From positions 58,776,001 through 58,840,000 of the forward strand of contig OZ024745.1 of assembly GCA_964016885.1 (NCBI GenBank): DNA of 64,000 bases, given 5' to 3'. The notes under the pieces are model-generated. The model was not told where the DNA came from and made no database searches. It was given only the letters and a program-made list of their open reading frames with translations. Origin of the DNA: Eledone cirrhosa. Its lineage: Eukaryota. Shown here one piece after another: positions 1-13,606 of the stretch. The translations under genes and the position numbers were made by a program. Position 1 is the first letter of the stretch. Every line of letters begins with the position of its first letter.

Positions 1-307
1 TGCCAATCTTGCAGCAGTGTAATAGATTATATATATTATAAGCACTTCTCATAGATTAAGTGCTTTCTCACTTTTGTGTATCCTATATACAAGTACAATA
101 TACATATTTATATACACGAGACTCCGCTGAAAGGTTCATAGACTGGCTATGATGGAGTGATGCTAGAGCTGTGAAATCTTGCATGCATTAATATCAACGC
201 TTCTTATTAATGACTGCATTGTTTGTTCCCAGAAACTATGTTGAAAAATAAACCTCATTTGGTCATTCCATGAAAGCATATGAATTTTTTTCAACCGACG
301 CGCGCGC

Positions 308-384
<77 letters not shown>

Positions 385-524
385 AATCCGTAGATGAATG
401 ATCAGGAAAAAACGGTGCTCAATCTGTTGCAAGAGAACTTATTTAGTATAAACAAACTTTCATACACGTAACATATATATATATATATATATATGAGTGT
501 GTATATATATATATATATATATAT

Positions 525-587
<63 letters not shown>

Positions 588-669
588 TCACGAGTTGTGT
601 CGGGGAGTTAAGCACACTTAAAATAGTACTCAATACATTGGTAGAGTATAGGCATTTTTTTTTATTTTA

Positions 670-769
670 TATAGAAATGACTTCTACAGGACTAGAACCG
701 TACTAGAACCGTTTCCTGATAATTTCCTACAAATGAAACAGTTCTAGTTCTGTAGAAGACATTTCTATA
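670..769. repeat. Short palindromic module centred on a decayed HHR core
   Basis: Arms tatagaaatgacttctacaggactagaac / gttctagttctgtagaagacatttctata; centre CTGATAA-tttcctacaaat-GAAA-cag-TT-ctag; next to (TA)n. Confidence 0.6.
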
Positions 770-779
770 ATATATATAT

Positions 780-892
<113 letters not shown>

Positions 893-1090
893 TACTTGGG
901 GAGGGTCATGTTTGTGTAATATTGCCAGAATTAATAACAGAACACACTCACTGTTTGGTTGGTTTTCGCTTCTCGCTGTCTTTTATATCGGTAATCTAAC
1001 TTACTCGGTCCTCAATGTTGCCATTGACTGACCGACGGTCAAAAAATATAATACAGATACAATATAGACACAAACACATATATATAGTTT

Positions 1091-1132
1091 ATCATAAATC
1101 TTTCGTTGCACATCTGCAACATCGTCAGTGGT
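1091..1132 (-). ncRNA. Minimal type I hammerhead ribozyme in 3' pLTR (family A)
   Basis: acca-CTGACGA-t-GTTGCA gatg TGCAAC-GAAA-gatt-TA-tgat; stem I has one mismatch. Confidence 0.7.
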
Positions 1133-1371
1133 GTTATATTTTCCTCCTGTTGTGTTGTATGTCTACGCCATTTTTATTCAGTCTGTCTATATATTTATTT
1201 ATTTGCTTGTTTGTTTATTTTATTTTGTTTTCTTTGCGCATGCGTTTGCGTGTGTGTATAGTGTTATGTTTGTTGTGTGATGGGTGACTAGTGTGTGTTT
1301 ATGTGCTTGTTGTTATTGTGCTTGTGTATGTATATATTTATTTATTTATTTATCTTATTTTATTTACTTAT

Positions 1372-2050
1372 TTATACTTCTCTTAAGTCAGTGTTGTTTG
1401 TTTGGGTGTTGTTGTTATTCCATTCATTCTTTCTGTTTAGCTTTGGTCTTCTAATTTCTATTTCACTGGCCTCTCTGATTTGCCTATCTGCTGGGTCATT
1501 TCTATGTTTAGATATTATTCTAATTTCTATGTTGTCTATGTTAGCGTCATGTTGTTGTCTAGTATGTTCGTATAGTACTGACCCGTTTTTTCGTCCTTTT
1601 AGTTCCCCCCAGTGTTGGTCTATCCTTTCACCTATGCTACAAGCTGTCTCACCTATGTATGTTGTTGTCATGTTTCTGCAAGTACCCTCTGTACATCTTA
1701 TGCTATAGACTACGTTTCTAGTTTTACAGTTTATCCGGGGGTTCACCTTACATATGATACATTTCCTATTGGTACAGTGGGTTTTCTTAAAAGGGTAGGT
1801 TTTGCTGATCAGGGATTTTATGGTGGTTCCCGGCTTTTCTACCACCTTTATTTTTAAGTGGGTCTTTCTCAGGGCCTTTCTACACTGGTTAGCTAATTTC
1901 CCTCCAGGGGTGGCGTCCACAAACATGACACTCTGGTATCTCTGGTTGTCGTACCATGAGGTGGCTTTTCCTATCTTATGTCTAGCCCTATCTAAGCTAT
2001 TCCATGATTTGCTCCTGTATAATGGGCAAATTCCTTTCATGTCCAGGACA
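1372..2050 (-). pseudogene. PLE ORF C-terminal fragment: Cys-rich linker plus GIY-YIG endonuclease (Neptune-like)
   Basis: SVMFVDATPGGKLA, CTNRKCIIC..C, VVYSIRC...TYIGET...ERIDQH, SVLYEH, REASEI..PKLN. The N-terminus of ORF 1372..2247 is read-through into the inverted pLTR. Confidence 0.88.
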
Positions 2051-2129
2051 TGAAAGGAATATATAAAATATATAGACAGACTGAATAAAAATGGCGTAGA
2101 CATACAACACAACAGGAGGAAAATATAAC

Positions 2130-2171
2130 ACCACTGACGATGTTGCAGATGTGCAACGAAAGATTTATGAT
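2130..2171 (+). ncRNA. Hammerhead ribozyme in inverted pLTR (family A)
   Basis: Mirror copy of 1091-1132. Confidence 0.7.
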
Positions 2172-2416
2172 AAACTATATATATGTGTTTGTGTCTATAT
2201 TGTATCTGTATTATATTTTTTGACCGTCGGTCAGTCAATGGCAACATTGAGGACCGAGTAAGTTAGATTACCGATATAAAAGACAGCGAGAAGCGAAAAC
2301 CAACCAAACAGTGAGTGTGTTCTGTTATTAATTCTGGCAATATTACACAAATATGACCCTCCCCAAGTATAACAATATTTGTTTCGACACACGATTTCAT
2401 ATAAAAAACCTCGCAA

Positions 2417-2484
<68 letters not shown>

Positions 2485-2490
<6 letters not shown>

Positions 2491-2800
2491 TTTTGGATGG
2501 CCGTTGACTCTTATGAGTTCTTCCGCCATCCAAAAGTGTGTAAATATGTATATACACATGTACCGCGTGGTTAAACCACTGGGAGTGAAGGACCCCTAGC
2601 CTTTGTCAGGGCATTCTTCTAGGAGAAAGCAACTCAGGAAACTGGGATGACTCCGATATAAAACCTGCGGCTCAGTAGTTACCGATGATGTTGATCTTTT
2701 CTTCTTTTCGGGTTATCCCTACTGTCGCTCAGAGGGTGGGCTTGGTTCAGTGCACAGTCTTTCCTCACTTTAAAAAATATCTTCATGCACAGGCATTGTA
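2485..2800 (+). mobile_element. Probable RTE-type LINE 5' UTR fragment preceded by a strong hairpin
   Basis: gggcattcttctaggagaaagcaactc resembles a motif common in RTE 5' UTRs; 17-bp perfect stem at 2485-2541. Confidence 0.4.
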
Positions 2801-2890
2801 CGATAGAATTAATTAATAATTATTAATAATGGTATATCATGCAATGGCCATACTCGATAACGAAGGGGCAGCCATCATATATATATATAT

Positions 2891-3102
2891 ATATATTGAA
2901 AGGATAACAAGGACGATTGATTGGTTACTCCTTCATTACATTTATTGGTAGGTGACGCGCGTTTCGCCACTGATCAGCTCAAGGTTCGATCTGTATCGAT
3001 CTTACCCGACTCAATAATCGGCAGCTCGACGGACCCTTTAAAATGCTAGTAGAAAAATGAATGAAGGAGTAACCAATCGTCCTTGTTATCCTTTCAATAT
3101 AT
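2891..3102. repeat. Inverted-repeat module enclosing the 3' half of an HHR (minus strand)
   Basis: Arms 2891-2937 / 3060-3102; inner minus-strand gtggc-GAAA-cgcgcg-TC-acct with palindromic stem III. Confidence 0.65.
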
Positions 3103-3196
3103 TACACTCTGTATAGCTCTACACCTCAACACAGAAGTGAACCTAAACATCGAGTGCTCACCCGGGTGAACCTGCTGTAACTCCAAGTTACACTCC

Positions 3197-3317
<121 letters not shown>

Positions 3318-6300
3318 GAGAGGGGGGGAGAGAGGAACCTAATAAACTTAAATGATATACCAATATTTCCTGCAGCAGAGCCGCGGTGGGAACCTGTTAA
3401 CCTATTAACCGTGTCTTCGTACACTACTATGCAAACGGAAAAATAGTTTCCTTAAGTATTTTCAAATTATACGTGTCCCTTTCTCTGAACTTCAACCACC
3501 GATTTGTTGCTTCCATAAAACATTATACACTGATGGTCCTAAAGTTTCGTATCGTCTGTTTGTCATGTGTGATTCGGTAGAAAACTTTAATCTCTTGAGT
3601 CAGTCCTGTAGTATCACAATCAATTATTATGCATTGGGGACTTATACCTTTAACATTCCTGTGCACGGTGCAGGCTTGGGTAAGTTTTATTCTTTATTAT
3701 AGAAGACCAACAGTTGTCCCTGCATGCAAGTGTCCCGTCTCCACGCCTCCAATGTGGTCGATGAACATAATAAATAACTCTGTCATATCTAAGAAACCAG
3801 GATAACTGCTAACATCACCGTCACTGCCTTTTACATGCATTTGATCCTATCTCTTTACACACACTAAGATTTATGGAATTGTCAAACTTGACTCTTTGTT
3901 ACTGTTTAAAAGGCAATCGTGATCATCACCTGCATCACTTGCATGACTCGCAACAAACAGTGGCTTATTTCATTTCTTGTATGATAAATCGGAAAGATAC
4001 GTTATAGAAAACGTATGGTGATATTTCAATTGTTTTTAGATAATGCTTTATAACATTTTAGTGGGTAAAAAGAGCGTTACGTCATATATAGAGATGAAAT
4101 ATGGCAGTATATTATTCAATAGTTAGATAAAGTGTTTTTTGTTTCATTGGATGAATACGGTATTACATCATTCAGCGATTACTTCTGACCTAGTATCATG
4201 AGTTTATCATCATTTTACACAATATCAGATAAGGCCTTATATCATTTCCATTGTTGGAAATAACATGAGCTAATACAGTTTTCTATCATTGATTCAGTTG
4301 GCTAAGTTTGATGTTCACAACAAAGAAAATAGATTGGATATTGAGATTATAGTTCAGTAAGCTGAACAACATTCAAATCTAAAAGGAAGGCTTTTTACTT
4401 GTTACTTTAATTTTGTTTTGTTTGTCTTTTCTATTCTTTTATAGTAATGTTTATGCCCAGAATGACAATCTCGAGAATTTAGTTTGTTCTTATAATTAAA
4501 TTGATTTAAACAGGAGATGCATAAAATGTAAGAAAATATGAAGGGTGAAAAAACGATAAGGTACAGAACAAAGGAAGAAAAGAAAATTTTATTCTGACAT
4601 TTTGATAAATTTGGTTTGAAATGATTTCCTTATCCATGGTTATTTTATTGTGACATTATTCGTTAAAAAACTGTATATAAAGTATTTGTGTATATGTGAT
4701 TTATGTATGTGTCAGTTTGATCCCATATATATATATATATATATAGATATATACATACACCTGCATGCGTCAGCGCGCACGCACACGAATATGTATGAAA
4801 TACATGTGTTGTCTCGCTTTCAATATCTATATTCCTGTCTAGATATTTGTCTCTCCTTTCTCTGTGTGTGTATACATATATATATATACATGCATATACG
4901 CATATATGTGTACACTTATAAAATCAAACATATATAGATATCGGCATACGTATACATACGTCCATAATGACAGACCTCCTTTCTTGAATAAATGCTATGA
5001 TTTTTTACATGATTTGATATCTTTTGATAATGTATTTTACACCATTAAACAAATAACATTCATCAAATTGTATTAAAAATACGCGTGAATTGAAAGAAAT
5101 ATTCTGCATTAAAATGTCAGTATTAGGGATACCAAAATTCCAATATGAATGTAAATGTGTTTTTAATGAGTTTCGAAATATATTTAAAAGACACAGACAA
5201 AAGAAGTAATTTTGTGATGAGGTCTTCTAGAAATTATCATAAAAGATAAACTAATGTTATCTACCAGTCAGTTTACCATATAGAAACAGCAGCCAAATTT
5301 CGTTCAAATCCCATTCTGCCGTCTTAAATAAAAAGAAAGGATAAATTGGATAATGATATACAAAGCATGTGAATAGTCGCAAGTGAAGCGCCTTTTATCA
5401 TAGATTTGTTCGATCAGGCCTTACCTGGAGCTAAAACACAAAAGCAACGACCATGACGAAAGTAAAATAATTATGACGCCAACTTTAAAACAATCAAGTA
5501 ATTAGATCATCCATTGATTTTTGTGTGTGTGATTCAATTAACGACAAGTTAGGATAAAAAAAGTCTAAGATATCATCTTGAAGAAACTGAGTCATTGGTA
5601 TTGAAAGGATAGTTGATTGAAACTAATAGGGTCCAGTTTTACTATAGGTTTTTAGCTATGTATCCTGTTTCTCTGAGTCATTTTATACTGTAAAGCACTT
5701 GAACATGAACTGACTACAAATTTCACTGCGTTTAGTGGTTACGAGAGACGTGTCTTTCTAGTATAAGAGGATTTTAACTCTGCACTGCAATCAAATGACA
5801 TATACATCTATATAAGCTTAGCTATGTCTAAAGCAGTGTGTAATACTTTATTTGTAGTGAATATAAGTATGGCTAAAGTTGTTAAGAAGTTCGTGTCGAA
5901 ATGATGACTTTCCGTGTTCGATTCTACTGAGTAGCATATTGAGTAAATGTCTTTTACATTGCCTCGAGTTGATCCAATCCTGTTGAGTGCAACTAGATAG
6001 AAACAAAGTGCCACGATGCATCTGTCTGAGAATTATGTTAAGAGTATCCGTGAGTGTGTGTATGTGTGTGTAACATATCCACCAGCACCCTGTTGCTACA
6101 ACTTCAGTTAATCGAGCAATCAAATACTGAAAGTCAAAATCAATAGATCCAAGGTAGATACCTGTAATTAGGTGCACACACTGGGTGATTAAGAATTCAC
6201 TTTTATCGAGAAATATTGTTTTATTTGTAATATTGAATAACACGTGTTTTATTTTTGTTCGTATACGTGTAAAGCCATTCTATAATTGCGTACGTAAAGA

Positions 6301-7209
6301 TTGTTCTGTTAATAAATGAAATTCGCGAGGCAGCCAGCACGTGCGCCCTCATTTGCACAATAATGTCAGATGGGGAGAGCGGGAGAGACGGAGATGATGA
6401 CAGTGGGAGTTTAGTTCCTCTGTGTTTGGATCTGGTTTACATGTGTGTGTGACTGATTTAGTAATAGAACAATCTTTACGTACACAATTATAGAATGGGC
6501 TTACACGTATATGAAAATACGTTTTATTCACTTTTATTGCGATAGAATTCGAACTCAAATACTTCGGGAGCAAAACCAGCTAGTGTTCATAAATAATTAA
6601 ATGATAAGATGTAGCAGTGATTCTGTGAAGATGAAATGTTACAGATGTTCTTCAGGAGTGTTATTGACTTTGGAGAACATGGTTGATCATCTGGCAGAAT
6701 ACAAACCCCAATTACCGTATAATAAGTTGAAGCTGGAACGTAATGATAAGAACATCAAAATAGACATCAAAGAAATTGTGGTTACCAGACAGTTATTACC
6801 CCAAAGAAGATTTTGCCATTTAATGTTTATCTAATAGTTGTAAACTATATCTGTTAACCTTTACCACCGCTTTAACACTTACTTTCCTTATGTGACATAC
6901 AAGATGGTTTCTGTATTTCCGTGTGTTACTGTATTGAGTGATATATTGCATCGATAAATCTTAGCGATTACTGACCTGAATTCAGTCCCTGCTGGAAGCT
7001 CTTATCTGTTATCTAATATATGTTGCATATTTCGTATACAACTTCAGTCATGATGGAAAGTGGATGGTAAGAGTGTGTATGTGTGAGTGGGAGAGATACG
7101 TTATAACGGCGGTGGCGGGGTTGGTAATGGCAACGTCGAATTGTTTTTATTTAATCCCGTGCTGTAACATGCTCTTATGGAAATGGGAGGGTGTGTGAGT
7201 GTGTGTGTA

Positions 7210-7275
<66 letters not shown>

Positions 7276-7485
7276 TAGTGGTGGTGGAGGTGGTGTTGGT
7301 GGTAGTGGTAGCAGTAACATCAATATATATATATATATATATCCATATCCATGTGATGTTGCCAGGCGTGAGAATTAGTACTCAATACCGAAGTAAAATT
7401 TAATATTATTTATTATATCTGATGTTCTTGTGAGTACATTGGTGAAGCTCCAAAGTAACAAGACTCATTACTTAACTATAATAAA

Positions 7486-7556
<71 letters not shown>

Positions 7557-7559
<3 letters not shown>

Positions 7560-7748
7560 CGGAAGAAATGTGGTAAGGAACCAGGTGGACCATAACGCAC
7601 CAAAGTACTTAATACTTAGGGTAGTAGAGTGGGTAATAGGAACGAGTAGGACCCCGATGGCTGAGCTCAAGCTGTTTCGACGGCTAATTCTGGACTCAGA
7701 ATTAGCCGTCGAAACGGCTTGAGCTCAGCTGTCGGGGTCCTACTCGTT

Positions 7749-7753
<5 letters not shown>
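7557..7753. mobile_element. Non-autonomous pLTR-like module, family B, palindromic (7636-7753)
   Basis: ~57-bp arms with centre ctg-gact-cag; related copies at 29765, 30017 and 54090; flanked by (TA)n. Confidence 0.8.
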
Positions 7754-7791
<38 letters not shown>

Positions 7792-7799
7792 AGCGGGGT

Positions 7800-8470
7800 A
7801 ATGTAATTTTGTAAAGAATATCCAAGGTTGGGAGAACATAACCACCAAACACATTAGTGAAAGTTTCCTAGCCGTCCCCTTTAACTTAAACTCACACACA
7901 TAGAAATCTTACCACAAGCCATATAAGAGGCTTAGATACATCAACAGAAGACCATGTCACCCACTCGTAGTCTTCATGAATCTAATAGCCAGCATAAGTA
8001 AGAGAATCTCAGGCCTCTCTTCAAATAAAGATATCTTTGGTAGAGCCACCGCCTACTACAATAATGCTATCACCATCTTTAAAGATCAGTTTTTCTACTC
8101 CTCTGACCAACACACTTGTATATAATGGTTTTGGATTTAGACACGAGGTCTATTTTATTGACCTTGTAAGAATGAAAGGCAAAGCTAACTTTGGTGGGAT
8201 TTGAACTCAGAACGAAAAGGGACATAACTATATGCCATAAAGCATGGTGTCCGATGCTCTACAGGTACTACCAATTCACCGCCCTACTTGTACTAGAAAT
8301 AATAGACACGAATCTGTAAATTAAACGGCTTACACCTCGAGTGCCTCTAAATGTTAAGACGAATGCAGGGAAAAGATTTTTAGCTCATATAGACAAACAT
8401 TTCCTTAGGCCATAAATATAGAAATACTTTTAATAGACATGCCATTAAAGTCGGCTACTCTTGATCCTAC
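7800..8470 (+). pseudogene. Old degraded Naiad-like PLE RT/thumb fragment interrupted by a SINE
   Basis: Translates to LRYINRRPCHP...ISKRISGLSSNKDIF and NVKTNAGKRFLAHIDKHF...FNRHAIKVGYS, matching the 19.4-19.8 kb PLE protein. Confidence 0.7.
8128..8285 (-). mobile_element. tRNA-derived SINE (Meta-domain-like)
   Basis: Reverse complement of ctgagttcaaatccc...ctttgcctttcat...aaaata. Confidence 0.75.
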
Positions 8471-10008
8471 GCCACCAGCAAACCTATGAACTCCTTGACA
8501 CCGGATTGCTCATACAGAAGACCATTTTGAATCTTAAAGGCAGCAGTGCGAATTTCTCCATCAAATGTAAGATCCTATAAAGATCCCGGCTCTATTCAAA
8601 TGGCTCGAGGATGTATAGGACAGAAAGTTGGAATATAATCAATAACAGTTTTGGCACTAGGGCCGGTTTCTTCAATTGCCGTCCCCAACAACAACAGCAT
8701 CACCAAATTTATACTCAAGAACTGGAAAACACCACCCCCTAATTTGAATACCACAGATTCCAACCGCTAACTACCGATATCCTCTAATTACTTCCACATG
8801 GACCCTCCTTTGCAAACCCAAACTATTTTTTCTCCTCTTTATATGTGTGTCCTCCAAACGATATCTCTCTTTCATTTTTTTCTCTATCTCCATCTATCTC
8901 TCTTATCAATAAATAAATTACCTTCACCCTTTCGTTTTCCTTTAACACTTCATATATAAAACATCCTCCATGCATATTCTTTTTAATCTTTCTTCTCTTT
9001 TGGAAGTCTTTCACATTTGAAAGAAAAAATACAACCATTAGAAATTGGCGTCAATATATGCTGAAGAACTGGAATCTGTCGCTATGAAAAATCTTAAATA
9101 AGCGGCTAGCGATATAATTTTACCTGTTATTTCCTTCAACATTTATTAGAAAGATGAAAACTAATAAATTTGTAAAATAAAAGCAATCTTTATGAATGAT
9201 AATATTGTTCTAGCAATAAAACCTTGAAACAAATGAAGCCAATATTGTTTATACAAAATATACATTTTTGATGTCGATGAGAAAGGTTAACGCTACGGTA
9301 AAACCATGTTTTTCTCTGTGTGCTAATAAAAATTTATCGAGTTGACTAGTCTTTACCTCTACTAACACCTCATCAAAGTTCAGTTACTCACATTCTGTCT
9401 ACACAATGATAGGTGCATATCGTTATTTATAGTACGGACAAACTGTAACGGAACTAAATTGGTTTACCTAATTTATATAATGGTGCAAGTGTTAACATGA
9501 GTTAATCAAAGCAACAGAGAGAAACAACTACGCTGTTAATATTGAACGTTTGCCTTTCAATTCCATCTCCATATTCGAAAAGCTTAGTCATGCGAGCTTT
9601 TTTAAGCTCTTATATAATAGACTTCACACCACCCGGTCTGTCTTCCTCTATTCTTCCTTCTTACCTTTTCTACGTCTCAGTATCATTCTTCTTTGGCTGT
9701 ACGTTGGACTGCAGTTCATATTCTTTTCTGTTTCTCCTTTCTATATATTTTTCCCCTGTGGCTAAGAGCCGTTCTCGTTTTTTTTTTTTTTGTTAGTTAA
9801 TGCACTTGAGATACCTTTTCGTCTTTATTTCTGTAATTCACAGAAAGGCATAACTTGTCCTGTCTTTGTTACGTACCAATGTGCAATTAAATTAACACTA
9901 TCAGTCTTAATGTTCCAAACCTGTAGTGATTTTCAAAGGGTGGCTAAGGAAGGGTGACTGTCCCGTTTTTCCACTGATTGTTTCCATGTCTTTGTCCCGT
10001 TTTTTAAA

Positions 10009-10064
<56 letters not shown>

Positions 10065-10389
10065 ATTGAATATAAAAGAAAAACGAACACAGATATATAC
10101 ATATATGTGTTCAAATCGTAAGGGACCAGATTCGCTAAGGGGAAAATAATACTAACTATAGACAATAGGGTTTGCCTGACTCAATTTAAGAATAAATCAA
10201 GAAAATAAATACAAACCGGAATTGTGGTAACTACCAATCACCCAGACATCTTTTGATAATGGTGTTTCGCAATATTAATGTGAATAGGAATGCCAATTCT
10301 TTCTCATCAATTCAATTATAATACACGACTCGGAAAAATGTCTATCCTAGAGCTATTTTATTGTAAGAGACTATTTTGAGTTTCTAACT

Positions 10390-10651
<262 letters not shown>

Positions 10652-10666
10652 TATATATATATATAT

Positions 10667-12345
<1,679 letters not shown>

Positions 12346-12454
12346 ATATATATATATATCGACAGTCGATCGACGTTTTTGTCAATTTGGACCTAGAAAA
12401 CGATGTTTCCATTGGTCTTTCTAATTGCTAATATCGGTCGCAACTCCAGGTAGA

Positions 12455-12577
12455 AGGAGCAACGTGAAATAAACTGTCTTGCCCAAGGACATAACGCATC
12501 GCCTGGTCCGGGAATCGAACTCACAAGCTCACGATTGCGAATCCAATTCTCTAACCATTCAGCCACGCGCCTCCATA
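12455..12577 (-). mobile_element. tRNA-derived SINE (V-domain-like)
   Basis: Minus strand ggcgcgtggctgaatggttaga (A box)...gagttcgattcc (B box)...tgtccttgggcaagac. Confidence 0.75.
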
Positions 12578-12678
12578 TTATATTTATTAAAATAACAGAT
12601 TAAAGTTTAAGCAAAGAATCGCTGCAGTCACCCTTTGGATTTTAGTCTTCAAATTTATTATTATTACTATAAATAAAG

Positions 12679-12971
12679 ATGGCGTAGAAAATACAATGTA
12701 ACGGGAGGAAACAATAGCACCACTGACGAGGTTGCAGATGTGCAACGAAAGATTTATGATAAACTATATATATATATATGTGTTTGTGTCTATATTGTAT
12801 CTGTATTATTTTTGACCGTTGGTCAGTCAATGGCAACATTGAGGACCGAATAAATTAGATTGCCGATATAAAAGACACAAAAGCGAAAAGCGAAAACCAA
12901 CCAAACAGTGAGTGTGTTCTGTTATTAATTCTGGCAATATTACACAAATATGACCCTCCCCAAGTATAACT
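12679..12971 (+). mobile_element. Solo pLTR of family A with HHR (core 12723-12750)
   Basis: Close match to 2066-2373; CTGACGA-g-GTTGCAgatgTGCAAC-GAAA. Confidence 0.85.
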
Positions 12972-13037
12972 ATAATATATTATATATATATATAATATAT
13001 TATATATATATAAAATATTATATATATATATATATAA

Positions 13038-13360
13038 ATGAAGTAATTCCGTCGGAAAAGTCCAGGAAAAAAGAGTGCTCTATGTAGGTAACAGAGCTTA
13101 ATAGTTATGTAATAGACAACATAAGGCGATTATTCCATTTACCAGTGGTTTCTTAAAAGCAAAAAATTTTGCTTTCAATCATCAGAATGAAAGAATCCTG
13201 GTGTATTTATTGATATTGGATTCTAAAAAGGTTTTTAGAATCCAATATCAATAAATACACCAGGATTCTTTCATTCTGATGATTGAAAGCAAAATCTTTT
13301 GCTTTTAAGAAACCACTGGTAAATGGAATAATCGCCTTATGTTGTTTATTACATAACTAT
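13038..13360. mobile_element. Family E module: 130-bp-arm palindrome (13101-13360) with an HHR in each arm
   Basis: Centre ttctaaaaa-gg-tttttagaa; non-palindromic copy at 37608; terminal fragment at 23486. Confidence 0.85.
13269..13328 (+). ncRNA. Hammerhead ribozyme, family E (mirror copy ~13133-13192 on minus)
   Basis: tttCATT-CTGATGA-TTGAAAGCAAAA tc TTTTGCTTTTAA-GAAA-ccactgg-TA-AATGgaa; all core nucleotides canonical. Confidence 0.85.
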
Positions 13361-13429
13361 ATATATATATATATATAATATATTATATATATATAATATA
13401 TTATATATATATATAATATATTATATATA

Positions 13430-13475
<46 letters not shown>

Positions 13476-13486
13476 GTATATATATA

Positions 13487-13606
13487 ATTGTTTCTACTTT
13501 TGGCACAAGGCCAGCAAGAGACCCAGTGCATTACTGGTACTTTATTTTATCGACCCCGTAAGGATGAAAGGCAAAGTTTACCTCGGCGGGATTTGAACTC
13601 AGAATG
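13487..13606 (-). mobile_element. Meta-domain-like SINE, 5'-truncated
   Basis: ctggtactttattttatcgaccccgtaaggatgaaaggcaaag. Confidence 0.8.

Noticed and set aside
6320-6430. GC-richer patch with CACGTG, possible exon or enhancer
   Set aside because: No ORF, splice-site pair or other supporting evidence.
10255-10315. HHR-like motif on the minus strand (TTGATGA...GAAA); similar weak hits near 26900, 28850-28920, 32415-32455, 47810 and 49975
   Set aside because: Too degenerate or incomplete to call; probably decayed pLTR ribozymes.
12500-12575. tRNA genes at SINE heads (also 28405 and 59755)
   Set aside because: A and B boxes are present but there is no complete cloverleaf, and they run into SINE bodies.
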